DNA of 63,885 bases, filler included, from Neoconidiobolus thromboides FSU 785 (GCA_025603075.1; 9 parts of 9 records of this genome joined end to end with filler, not necessarily neighbours in it), one strand, 5' to 3'; numbered from the whole stretch's first letter, positions 13,939-25,248 are shown. Numbers and translations are program-made. Notes: generated from the letters alone by a model not told the origin.

Positions 13939-14043
13939 ATATGTGGATGTATTTTTGTGTTTAAGAATTTTACTAATAACTTCTCCATTCAAATAGCGCT
14001 TAAAAGATAGAAAAGTGATGAAGCCAAAAAAACATCTTGATAT
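13939..14043 (+). mobile_element. Family A MITE
   Basis: Full length; TSD ATAT/ATAT; about 100 bp downstream of the tRNA. Confidence 0.9.
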
Positions 14044-14400
14044 TGTATTTATTTTTTCAAAAGTGTTGGTTGATAATTTGCTATAATTTCTGTAAAATTA
14101 GTATATTGAGTAATATTTGATTTTTTTGATAATAACAGGTGTTTTAATGTTCAGTTATTTTAATCGGAAGTTTTGAATTCAAATAGAAAGTTTAATGCCC
14201 TATCAAGTTTTGTATAAGTTTTTTTGTTTTACTTCTGATAAACCTTTGATTTTCAATTTATTAAAATTCACAAATGTTTCTAAAATAATAGTTTTATATT
14301 TTGATATTTTTTTTATAAAGTTACTATTAAAATATCTTACCTTGCATTATTCCATAATTTGACCATTAAATTTAATAACATTTGTAAATGCAGCATTTTC

Positions 14401-14539
14401 GTTAATATGACCCAATTGAAATGTGGATTGGGCATTTTCGATTTTGTATTTGCTAAGTAGAAAACTAGAAATAGTCGTGATAAAACTCAGATAATACTAA
14501 ATTAAAAATACCCAATTCACATTTCATTGGCCCAGTAAC
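14401..14539. repeat. Diverged inverted repeat
   Basis: Arms about 14401-14450 and 14493-14539, roughly 80% complementary. Confidence 0.7.
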
Positions 14540-14984
14540 AACCTGTTGATAACAGAAGATTTCTAAGCTATTACAAAATAGACTTACTTCCGTGCTAGTG
14601 ATAAATAATATTCAAAATATCCAAAGTGATCATTAATTTATCTAATTCTACTTGAACTTACATTAATAGTTAAAAAGTTAAATTTGCTTAAAAGTCAATG
14701 TCAAGTGAAATAACAATTTTCTATTTACAATTAATGTTTAGTAACCCAAGCCTAAATTTTTCTGCTAATGCAAAAGAATTAGATAGATAAATATTAATAC
14801 ATTATGAAAGCTAAAAGTTGTATTATTGTTAATAATTTGTATTTTCGTATTATAGATATATAAAAAGCAAGGCTTTAACAGATTGATTATAGTCAAAAAA
14901 ATATTGATTTTTACGATGAGTTCTTATTTTACTCTTTATATTCTATTACTTGGCTATTTAAACTCAATTCATTCCTATAAAACT

Positions 14985-15332
14985 AACATTCCATTGAATA
15001 TAATGCTTCATTCAAGTGTAGTTGGTTGCTCATATACCTAAGGCATACTAAAAATTGGAAAAAAATTAACATTATGAGGGCAGCAAGTCAGTTATATAAC
15101 CATTGAAAGTAATATTAAATTTACCCAAGGTTATAGCCCAACCAACTATTTTACAGATAAACTTATCAATGGTGACTTATTAAAAAACGTTATGAGAACT
15201 CAGGTGTTACTAAAGCCTAAGATACATCGTATAAAACATTTCTTAGATCTTATTGTTAATTATGTAACTATATGATATGATGAAACATTAATTCCATTAA
15301 AGAAATATCTAACTAATAACCTAATGAATTTG
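14985..15332 (-). repeat. Arm of inverted duplication (partner 1-348), ends at gap
   Basis: Reverse complement of 1-348. Confidence 0.95.
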
Positions 15333-15432
15333 NNNNNNNNNNNNNNNNNNNNNNNNNNNNNNNNNNNNNNNNNNNNTTAATTAATTAANNNNNNNNNNNN
15401 NNNNNNNNNNNNNNNNNNNNNNNNNNNNNNNN
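15333..15432. other. 100-bp unsized gap with TTAATTAATTAA linker (also 23815-23914, 29767-29866, 31925-32024, 33988-34087, 55489-55588, 59158-59257, 61970-62069)
   Basis: Same N/linker/N layout each time; the linker has stops in all six frames. Confidence 0.98.
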
Positions 15433-15861
15433 AATTTTCAAAAATTCCATTTCGAAGTTTAGTTATGAAAGTTTGCATTTTATTTTTATTTCAACAAAAA
15501 ATAAAGTCAAATAACTGTATTTGTATAATTATATAATCATATAGTTATATATTATGTATCTGTTAAACATCTAACAGAACTAACATAAAACATATAATTA
15601 GGAAAATTAGTTATTTAAGAAAAGGAAACAATTAAAATAAGTTTTAAATAGAGACATTTAATTTAAGCTTTTTAGATTTAACCGTCATATTAGACACGAA
15701 TTTAAAATTTTAAAATTTGGATTAATTTCTAAATTCTGAAACCAATTAGGACAGCCCCATATCTTATTTATTTATATTGAATAAGTTAAAATTTTATTGA
15801 TTTATTATTTATTTGAGAATAATAATTAAAGTATTATATCGGATCCTAACTTCAGAAGTAG

Positions 15862-15993
15862 AAAATAATTTTAAAAGTTAGAAAGATATAAATCTAATGC
15901 TATTAGGCTGTGCCATCCACGCTGACAATGGTTCATATAATTTGATGGCTCTATGAATTAGATTTACATCTCTCTAACTTTCAGAATTATTTT
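15862..15993. repeat. Long inverted repeat (hairpin)
   Basis: 37-bp arms 15862-15898 and 15957-15993 with 4 transition mismatches; inner GCCATC/GATGGC pair. Confidence 0.85.
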
Positions 15994-16096
15994 ATATATT
16001 CAGTTCGCAATATAAGCTATAGGAAGCTCAAACATAAAAAGATATTAATTCAAAAATTATTTAATAATTGAGTAAATGCTAATAAAACTAGACAAA

Positions 16097-16196
16097 ATAG
16101 GGTATTTTCAGTACGTATTTAAATACTAGAAAATATTTTCACTCAAACAATGCTTAAAATGAAAAAAGTGATGAAATCAAAAAAACATCTCTACAT
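16097..16196 (+). mobile_element. Family A MITE (degenerate)
   Basis: Right two-thirds match the consensus. Confidence 0.65.
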
Positions 16197-16756
16197 GTTG
16201 AAGATAAAAGCCTAGAATTTAAACATATGTCACTACTATTATTTCATTACCAAATGTCATTTAAAGTGTGTTAACAAATTTTATAATATAAATAGGCGAT
16301 TTTATGTTTATAGATTCCTAAATAAACAATTGTTTTGGAACTTACACACTTGAATTATATTTAGAAAGACTATAAACTATTGAGTTATTTAGCTATCCAA
16401 TTCCCTTAACCCTTTAAGTATTAAACATCTCAAAAAATTATGTTTGATTGGACCATACTTTCTAATCGATTTAATCCCAACTGGATCAGTATTCTTTGAA
16501 GCTCTCAATACCTAAAGAGTTAATTCATTTAAACCGTGCAAGCAATGCTTGTGATAATACAATTTTGATTAACAGAAATTTGACACAATTTTCATCTATA
16601 GTACTTGTAGTTAAATAATTTTTGTTACTATCTTTGTAATGATAATAATAATTTTAATTCGATAACTTATTTTAACTACAAAGTAAAAAAATAAAGGCAC
16701 TTAAATGCAATCAGTTTTAATTAGATTTTAAAATAAGTTTTTCCATAAGGGTAATA

Positions 16757-16858
16757 ATTTGGGGATGTATCGTGTTCAGGAATTTTACTACCAATCTTTC
16801 CACTCAAATACCGCTTAAAAAATGAAAAAAGTGATGAACCCAAGAAAATATCCCATTT
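16757..16858 (+). mobile_element. Family A MITE
   Basis: Full length; TSD ATTT/ATTT. Confidence 0.9.
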
Positions 16859-17185
16859 ATTCTTTTAGTTTTAATAAACATTCCTTCAGGTATATAATTT
16901 TAAAAAAAAATCTTTGGAAAATTCAATTTTTGTGTTTTTAAATTTAGTAGCCATGGTTTTAAAATACCAAGTTGTAAAATATAAAAGTATTATGTTATAT
17001 CGTATAAACAATATAACATATTTTTATTTACAACTTTTTGTTTTATTGTTCGATTTCCAAAAATGATTCCAGAAGGTTATACATTTTGTATATTGAATTT
17101 TTAGCTAAAGACAATAAACTATTTACAACGATAAAGCCAATAAAGTTCTACCAATTGTTTTTAAAAAATTAAAGTTATTTATTAA

Positions 17186-17818
17186 TTAGCAGTAAGGGGG
17201 TAAGGGTATTAATCCATTTAAAGGTGCCAAATGCATAGCTAATGACACTGGGAAGTTTTCTTTATAACCACAATTTGGATCTTCATCATACTCCTGGCTA
17301 CATTCAATTAGTTCGGTTCTACCAAATCCAATATATCTTTCATGAATTTCTGGTGCAGCATGGACAAAGCCGCCAGACCTTGGTCCAAGTTGAGGAACAA
17401 CATCATTCCTATTAGAGTATCTAGTTATTGGTACATTCAAATCTGCAATATATTGGGCAAATCCTTCATTTCCTGGACGAGGAGAAGCGTAAGCATAGGC
17501 TTCTATCTTTCTATGATCATACCTTGATTTAAGAAGAGAAACCCAATCTGGAAGAGAGATCGTTGCAGTTGAAGCTCCTAGACTATATCCAGTTATATGT
17601 AGCGTAAAATTTTTGTATATAGGATTATCAAGTAATTCAATAACAGCATTACGTACAGGGAAATAGCTGGAAAGGTAATTGGAATAAAACCCATGATGTA
17701 CTTTCACACCCTCTTTTGCAGTAGGTAAATCAACCATAGGATATTCGAAATTAGTAACCCAATTTTGAGCAGTTAATGAAGCACGATAAGAAACAAGAGT
17801 TAGTTTGTTTGGTTTCAA
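17186..17818 (-). CDS. Class 3 (fungal) lipase catalytic domain; 5' end not resolved
   Basis: VSYRAS lid entry; VHHGFY; ITGYSLG nucleophile; YASPRPGN; NRNDVVP Asp; MHL His. The frame has no in-frame ATG and is closed by TGA at about 17858-17860. Confidence 0.85.
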   Translation of the reverse strand: MKPNKLTLVSYRASLTAQNWVTNFEYPMVDLPTAKEGVKVHHGFYSNYLSSYFPVRNAVIELLDNPIYKNFTLHITGYSLGASTATISLPDWVSLLKSRYDHRKIEAYAYASPRPGNEGFAQYIADLNVPITRYSNRNDVVPQLGPRSGGFVHAAPEIHERYIGFGRTELIECSQEYDEDPNCGYKENFPVSLAMHLAPLNGLIPLPPYC

Positions 17819-18970
17819 AAGAAACCCCGGGTTTAATACTAAGGATATATAAGGTATTCATATTTTAAGTCCTCATGGGAATGTTTTTCAAATAATAGAG
17901 GTATAGCTTAAGTTTATTGCACAAGAGGTGAAGAAAAGGGGTCCATAAAAGTTTATGAGTATTTTTATAGTAGCATTGTTAAAGCTCTAAGATAAAAGAA
18001 ATATAACATTCGATAAAGTATCACTTAATAAGATAAAAAATAGAAGAAGAGATTGAATGGTAGGTTATTTAGCTTAAAATTAGACGATAGCATATCAATA
18101 GGCAAATGTACTCCTATATTAAAGTCATCTTTATTACTTTAGCATCAAAAATGTGCAAAATTCCCTTATGGATATTAATAATTTCTATATTGTGATAAAT
18201 ATTTTATGCCTTAACTATTTATATAGTATCCTTATTGTTTATATAATAAGATCTAAGGTTATCAAATCATATTATAATATTGCCACTTTCAATGGTTTTA
18301 TGTAAATTACCAATGGTATTGAATAAAATGAAGTCAATCAAAATATATGAGTTTATTATAAAATGAGATAGAATTATATGGACATTAGTTTCTAAAGTTA
18401 GCTCACCACCCTCTGCTACATCTATGCGTCTAATTAAATAACAGCAACCAATTATTATTCAATAATAAAAATATATGGTAAGTAGTTTTGAAGGAGCCAG
18501 AAGAATTAGTTGTTCAACACTATAATATATAGCGCATATTGAGCTACTTATTTATTCACTAATGCTATTAGCAAGTTAAACATTGTATATGCTTATGTTT
18601 TTCCCGGTAGCCTCTAAAATTAACGAGCGAAATTGAAATAGAAGTTTTTAGCTATATTATGGTTTTCTTTTCTATACCATAAGGTTTTTTTAATTGATTG
18701 TTATTATTTGTAGATAGTATTTTTCCAAAAATCAACCAAACAAAGGAATAGTAGATTACTACTTAATTTTTATAAAATATATTTTGTAAAACAAATAAAG
18801 CATTTTTAATCGTATTAATAATTCATAAGGCCTTTCATAGTATCATTCAAATTAAAATATAAAAAGTTGAGCTTTACTTTTTTAATTATATAAAAAATGG
18901 AAGTATGAGATTGCTGAAGCTATAATTAATACCACTGACTACTTTTAAAGCACAGAAATAACACCATGAT

Positions 18971-19008
18971 ACTATAATACTATAATACTATAATACTATA
19001 ATACTATT
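18971..19008. repeat. Tandem 8-mer (TACTATAA)~5
   Basis: Direct reading. Confidence 0.85.
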
Positions 19009-19075
19009 TCAAATAATACTGGTTAGTTACTTCACAAAGTTTAATAAAGAATTAGCGCATATAGCTTTGTTTTAT

Positions 19076-20509
19076 TTATTTTAGAATATTTCTGATAAAG
19101 TCAAGAATCTTCTCTTTTGCTTCTGCAACATATTTTGTATCAGTTGGATATGGATAAGTCAAATCAGCGCAATGCGCAGCCCCTTTAATAACTATGGAGG
19201 ATAACTTGACTGTTGAATTAGTGATAGAAAGCGGAGTCCATGGATCAAGTTCGCCATTAACAAATAATAAGTTATCAATTTCGATATTTTTTCCAAGATA
19301 TTTGTTATTAGTTTCATCAATATCTGGATGTTCAGGTCCTCCAGGTCCAAAAATATCATTGCAAAGTGATTTTTCGTTAAAAGCAACATCTAAAAGGCGG
19401 GATTTCATAGTTGGAAAGTTTTTTGGTGGGGCCACTTGCCAGTAACCAAACTCATTGCAAGATTGATAAAGCCATTGACGATTATACTCAGTAGGAGCTG
19501 GTTGCTCAGTAGAACTAAAATAGGAATAATCGCTAAAGTCTTTACATGTACTATTTCCAAGGTATTTTTTGAAATTTGTTGCAAAATCATTTAATCTTTC
19601 AGCTTTTGTTCCATTTAAATACAATGATTCACAATGCTTTGCAATTTTTAAGTTAGTGTTATCATTATCTTGAACAATACCAACAATATAACCTAAACTA
19701 TTAGCAAAGTATTTATCATCAACATCACCACAATTAAACATAGCTTTTAAAGCTTCAGATTTAACTTTATCACCACTAAATAGTACATCATCAATTGCTT
19801 TGATGTTTTCTAGATAATAATCTAAACATCCTTGTCCACCGTTTATAGCGAATGACTTTTGAGCTTGTAAGTCATACTCATAAAAATCTTCTTTTGCTTC
19901 AACTGGTGCAGAAGATGCAACTGCCCCATAAAACACATCTGGGTACTTCAAACGCGCCCAAGCAGCAAGGTTTCCAGGATAGCTTCCTCCGCCAATGATC
20001 CATTTTGTAGGAGATCTATCAGTCTTATTGGAATTAGATTGAGGCAATTCAATGTTTAAAGCAAATCGAGCTAAGTCACCAAGAGCTAAATCTGAAGTAA
20101 GATATTTTAAGCTATCAAGGGTCAAATCAGGCTTAGGGTACGATTTGCCATAAAATCGATGCTCTAAAGCATACACAATACCATTATGCTCTTCAGCTGA
20201 TTTAGCTAAAAGCGAATATTGAGCCCAGCTCTCGGTCAATTCACTTTCACCACCAACAAAAAGAAAAGCAGGCCCGCCTGGTTTATAGTATTGATCATTT
20301 ACAAAGTATCTTTGCTTCCAAAATTGGTTACTATCTGGGTCACCATGATGAGTTAATGTTTGATTAAACCAATATTCAGTTGAGCCAGCATCACTTCTCG
20401 AGATTCGGAATTTGTTTAATACATTGTCATCAAGTTTTAAGGAGCCATAATATGGCTCAGCCATTGTGGAAATAAGTAGTGTAGAAATTTGAAATAATCT
20501 AATATTCAT
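19076..20509 (-). CDS. Secreted serine peptidase family S28 (477 aa, intronless)
   Basis: Signal peptide; FNQTLTH, QRYFVN, LEHRFYGKS, GGSYPG (Ser), NGELDPW (Asp), GAAHCADL (His). Confidence 0.96.
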   Translation of the reverse strand: MNIRLFQISTLLISTMAEPYYGSLKLDDNVLNKFRISRSDAGSTEYWFNQTLTHHGDPDSNQFWKQRYFVNDQYYKPGGPAFLFVGGESELTESWAQYSLLAKSAEEHNGIVYALEHRFYGKSYPKPDLTLDSLKYLTSDLALGDLARFALNIELPQSNSNKTDRSPTKWIIGGGSYPGNLAAWARLKYPDVFYGAVASSAPVEAKEDFYEYDLQAQKSFAINGGQGCLDYYLENIKAIDDVLFSGDKVKSEALKAMFNCGDVDDKYFANSLGYIVGIVQDNDNTNLKIAKHCESLYLNGTKAERLNDFATNFKKYLGNSTCKDFSDYSYFSSTEQPAPTEYNRQWLYQSCNEFGYWQVAPPKNFPTMKSRLLDVAFNEKSLCNDIFGPGGPEHPDIDETNNKYLGKNIEIDNLLFVNGELDPWTPLSITNSTVKLSSIVIKGAAHCADLTYPYPTDTKYVAEAKEKILDFIRNILK

Positions 20510-20857
20510 TTTTTTAGTTTGATCTTTAAATTTTCATCCACTTTAAATATTTTTTTATTTAAAAGTAGTTACTTAAAAGTATATTGTTAATTACATCAAA
20601 AAAATTTGAATATTCTATATAGATCAATTTATTTTGTTTATTAGAATAAAGGTTCTTTTAAATTTATCAATCTTAATATTTTTTTACTCAATATTACGCT
20701 GTATACTATATTTAGAAATTTTATTTTTAGAAAATAAGGCAGAATCAATATTGACTTATTTTTACAATAACATAGTTTAGTTATAAATTTATTATTAGCT
20801 TAATATATTATAATATGTAAGTTTTAAAGCACTGCCATTAAAAAAAGTTCAATTTAA

Positions 20858-20957
20858 CATTGGGAATATTTTTTTGCTTCATTACTTTTTCCATCCTTTA
20901 AGCACTATGTAAGCGGGAAAATTGTAAATTTCTTAAACACGAAAATACACTCCCATT
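20858..20957 (-). mobile_element. Family A MITE
   Basis: Reverse orientation, near full length. Confidence 0.85.
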
Positions 20958-21637
20958 TGTAAATCTGTTTTTTTATTATAAGTTTTTTAAACTTGAGTTC
21001 AATTGAAAATGAATAGAATATCTAGATGAGAAAAAGTGCTTACATTTGTTCAACTAATAATTGTAAAAGTCCAAAGAGTTCATAATTGAATCTAAATAAT
21101 TATGTTATATTTGAATTTACGTGTCTCACCTTGCTTTTCATCACATTGATAGATATTAAAATTACGTATAAACTTGACTAAATAACCTACAACGTCCCTT
21201 TAGTCAAATTAATATTCTTTTATTTCCACGAAACTTAGATTCTAATTGCTATAACCAAAATCTCACTATGACTCACTGCTCAACTCATTAGTCTTCTTTT
21301 TTAAAGGATTTTAATTCCCATATTATGAGCATTTTAAATGTTTTGCAAAAATTGGATTCTAATTAATTTGATAAAAAATAGAAGTCAAAGGTATTGAAAT
21401 CTGAAAATATATTCAAAATAATTTTACAATGAGCTATGTTATTATGGCCATCATACTTTAAAACCTAATAGCGATATGCGATTATAAACTCAATTATGTT
21501 TATTATTATAAAATGCCTAAATTTTATAATTACTTCACAGAACTTGCAAAGTTTTTTCTTTATTTTTTTAAAAGATATAGCAATAATTCAATATTTTTAC
21601 GTTCAATATAATTTTGGGTTATTTTAGCTTGTTCTCG

Positions 21638-22330
21638 ATATGGAGTTGTCTGAATTAGTTTCATTATTTTATCCAATTTTTAAAAAAAATTGTATTTTAA
21701 AAACTTCGCTTAAAATTCTATAAAATCAAATTTTTTATTAAAACAAAAGTACCCAGACACAGCTCTAAATCATTCTATTATAGTTTATAATGTAAGCTAG
21801 TTGAATTTCTACTAGATCTTAAATACATGTTCTTATAAAGCTTAATTGAGAAATATTTATTATCAACTGCTTTATAACCAACATTGTAGATTTATTATCA
21901 AATAAATAAACTATTTTAATCTTATAATTACATTATCAATATATTTCCAAGTTAATAAATAGCTGCATGGGAGGGAGTGGTTAGCCCCAAAACTATACTT
22001 AACTATCCCTATATAGTACAAGTAATAATAGTTTTTACATATTATTACATTTACTTGTTCTTTGACTATTTATTAACTTAACTATTAATAACTTAAGTAA
22101 TCTTAACATTTAAAGATCTATTTCTATCATTTAACAAACTACTTACTTGCTTATTAAATATCGAAATTTTTAAATTCCCTGTTATCTTTGTGAGGTAAGT
22201 TGGGATTGATCTTTTAATTTTTGTATTTTCTATAGACTCTATAACTTTAATTGGAACTATATCGCTTTTTTTTTATGTATCAGATACTGGATAGCAGTGT
22301 AGTTTATTGTTATGTTTAATAAAGTGTAAA
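21638..22330 (+). mobile_element. Family C copy 1: downstream terminus of the Sola2-like element
   Basis: ATAT|GGAGTTGTCTGAATTAG...; lies 3' of the transposase frame; similar by eye to 28644, 39476 and 55317. Confidence 0.75.
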
Positions 22331-22484
22331 TACTTCTCAATACCTTGCATCTCTATTATTCTTTTTGTGTTTTTGTTTCTTTTATACTTTTTAAAAGTTA
22401 TATCTGTTTCCCCATTATTAATAGTCGAGTTATTAATTTTATTATGCTCGCAAATAAAAGCCTCAAATCTTGAAATTAATTGAT

Positions 22485-22939
22485 NNNNNNNNNNNNNNNN
22501 NNNNNNNNNNNNNNNNNNNNNNNNNNNNNNNNNNNNNNNNNNNNNNNNNNNNNNNNNNNNNNNNNNNNNNNNNNNNNNNNNNNNNNNNNNNNNNNNNNNN
22601 NNNNNNNNNNNNNNNNNNNNNNNNNNNNNNNNNNNNNNNNNNNNNNNNNNNNNNNNNNNNNNNNNNNNNNNNNNNNNNNNNNNNNNNNNNNNNNNNNNNN
22701 NNNNNNNNNNNNNNNNNNNNNNNNNNNNNNNNNNNNNNNNNNNNNNNNNNNNNNNNNNNNNNNNNNNNNNNNNNNNNNNNNNNNNNNNNNNNNNNNNNNN
22801 NNNNNNNNNNNNNNNNNNNNNNNNNNNNNNNNNNNNNNNNNNNNNNNNNNNNNNNNNNNNNNNNNNNNNNNNNNNNNNNNNNNNNNNNNNNNNNNNNNNN
22901 NNNNNNNNNNNNNNNNNNNNNNNNNNNNNNNNNNNNNNN
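22485..22939. other. Sized assembly gap (455 N)
   Basis: N run. Confidence 1.
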
Positions 22940-23735
22940 CCCCATATGCTGAATCACGATTCAATATTTCAGATAAATAATCAAAGTAAACTTTGCCTAT
23001 TGTTTTATCATCTTTTAAATACAAAATACCAAAACCTAATACTGATACAGCTTGTTTACTATAATGGTCTAAATTCATTAAATCTGGTCTTGTTCCTATT
23101 TCCATATTTTGTTTAAAATCTAAAATTATTATACAACTTTTATTATTTGATTTTTTAATAGCTTCATTAAATGTGTTTTTTTGAGTATCAACACAGAATT
23201 TATATAATTTGTATAATTTTTCTTCTTCATTGAAAATTTCTTTTATCTCTGCTTTGTTTTTTATTACTATATTTATTTTATTTCAAATAATTTTTTTCTA
23301 ACTGTATACTGGACATATATATTACATAGATCTGTTTTTCTTGCTGCATTTTTGAAATTACTTGGTATATATTTAAAGAACGTTGACCTAGCTACCACTT
23401 TATCTTTTAGATCACTCAGATATTTACTATATATCACTCTTCTACTTTTATTTAATATATATATATTATCTGATGAATATTTACTATCATTATTTTTTTT
23501 ATTAAATCTTGATGAAATAGTTGAATTATTTAGCAAATATTGTATAATAGTTTCAATTTGCTCATCTTTAATTTTTTTTGTATTTTTAATAATAAGTTGT
23601 AATGTTGATATTTTATTATTATTACTTATTTTTGAATAATCATATTGATTTCTGTTTATATTAAACTCAAAACTCTTACGTTCACCAAAAGAATATACTG
23701 AAGCTATAGTTGATAATAACGGTACTTGTTGATTT

Positions 23736-23764
23736 TTGTTTCCTGTTTCCTGTTTCCTGTTTCC
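23736..23764. repeat. Tandem 7-mer (TTTCCTG)~4 inside the transposase relic
   Basis: Direct reading; removing two units restores the transposase frame. Confidence 0.85.
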
Positions 23765-23914
23765 CTCAAAGCACTAATTTTATACATTGCTTGATTAAGT
23801 TTATTATTATCGATNNNNNNNNNNNNNNNNNNNNNNNNNNNNNNNNNNNNNNNNNNNNTTAATTAATTAANNNNNNNNNNNNNNNNNNNNNNNNNNNNNN
23901 NNNNNNNNNNNNNN

Positions 23915-24462
23915 AGCATAACAATATAAGGATTTTTTTGTTTTTTAAATGCTATTTAAGCAGAAAAATTCTTAGTAAAATTCTTAAATAAAAAAACATA
24001 TCTTCATATTTGACTAATTAAAATATTTATATTTTAAAATAAAAAATGTTGATATTCTATATGTCAAATATCGCTTTGTCAGCTCCATTATTGATTATAG
24101 CATAATAGTCATTTAAATTGTGTTCTCGAATTTGGAGACAATCAATTACAGGCTCTTATTTTGATTTTTTGTGAGGATTTCTGTCATGTAATTCCAAAGG
24201 ACATTATCTTCCCATTTTGATATTCATACTTGTTGGAGTATAAAAAAGATTTTGGAATATAACAACTCAAGGCTTTATAATTGAACTATCCCTTGATACC
24301 ATACATTTAATAAGGCCAATAAATCCTTCTGGTAGTATTTTACGTAGATTTTACATTAGTATTGTCTATTCTATTTGCCTTACATAGTCCGTAATATATT
24401 ACATACTATTCATCATAATCCAAGTCTACCTTAGTTACATAAACTAAGACCTTTCGACTTAC
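23915..24462 (+). repeat. Arm of a 548-bp inverted duplication (partner 29219-29766)
   Basis: No mismatch found by hand; starts at gap edge. Confidence 0.95.
23924..24009 (-). mobile_element. Family A MITE (internal deletion)
   Basis: Inside the inverted arm. Confidence 0.7.
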
Positions 24463-24524
24463 AGTGTAGTCTCAATCAGGTAACAGCTGCTTTTGACTCC
24501 AATCACTGAGTACCAGATTTCACA
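24062..24524 (-). mobile_element. Family B copy
   Basis: Reverse complement of family B; 3' 400 bp identical to the 29160 copy. Confidence 0.75.
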
Positions 24525-24684
24525 GTTTATAACTAATTTTTAAGCTTATTCCATTTTTTGCTATAGTCATACCTGTTTTATAAAGCTTTATGAAAATCAC
24601 GCTTACTTCTATACTATCATGTTAAAATTAATGAAAAAAGTAATAAAATTCTTTATAGAAAACTGGTGCTATTTTGTAAAGATT

Positions 24685-24787
24685 AACGGGGATGTATTCT
24701 TTTGCCTAAGAGTTTTACTAACAATTTTTCCACTCAAACAGTGTTTAAAAAATGGAAAAGTAATGAAACCAAAAAAAACATCCGCAA
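24685..24787 (+). mobile_element. Family A MITE
   Basis: Full length. Confidence 0.85.
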
Positions 24788-25248
24788 ATTATTAAAATTA
24801 CTATTTATTAGGTACCCTTTTATTTTAGCACCTAAACTTAAGTATTTAACAGTTTTATCTTAGCAAAGTTATGATTTATATGTCAATTATTTATATCAAC
24901 CTAATAAATCACTATCTAAGACTGCATCACTTCTGCTTAAGAGCGCTTTCATTAGTAAATAGAGATCTTTGCGCTGGTTTTTGGTCAATTGTTTATTAGA
25001 TAAAATTTAATTGCTACAAAATTATATGTTCTATTTTCTATACTAAAACAATCCATCTAAAGTTAATGCAAAAAGTTCTGTTTATTAATAGAAGCCCTCT
25101 ATTTGTTAAAAAGAACAGTATAATAAAATTGATTGGATGAAAATGTAGAAGGATTTAATCATTGGTTTAAAAGTTAATATGGCTAACTCACAAAGCCACC
25201 AAAAAAGAGAAGGAAATAAATTAATCTTAAAGTAATTACAATATTAAA

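Larger units (their letters stand above)
22090..23814 (-). pseudogene. Decayed Sola2-like DDD transposase, split by a 455-N gap, with two frameshifts and a probable MITE insertion
   Basis: Open stretches 23775-23273 (...IETIIQYLLNNS...ARSTFFKYIPSNFKNAARKTDLCNI) and 23280-22940 (...TQKNTFNEAIKK..SCIIILDFKQN...HYSKQAVSVLGFGILY...YLSEILNRDSAY); beyond the gap LISRFEAF... and QGIEKYLHFIKHNNKLHCYP. Motif order STFFKY.P / TDxC / DFxEN / LxHD recalled from Sola2 transposases. Confidence 0.7.

Noticed and set aside
15043-15062. CATACTAAAAATTGGAA resembles U6 snRNA
   Set aside because: No ACAGAGA box or remainder of U6
15376-15387. TTAATTAATTAA recurring inside N runs
   Set aside because: Artificial six-frame-stop scaffold linker
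2401-20509. Carbonic anhydrase, UGT, lipase and S28 as a functional gene cluster
   Set aside because: No backbone biosynthetic gene or shared pathway, and the genes are interspersed with a core gene and repeats
22463-22980. ORFs made of X residues
   Set aside because: Artefacts of translating the N-gap; only the 22940-23105 part is real (transposase relic)
23352-23639. Hydrophobic 95-aa plus-strand ORF
   Set aside because: Antisense shadow of the Lys/Asn-rich transposase frame
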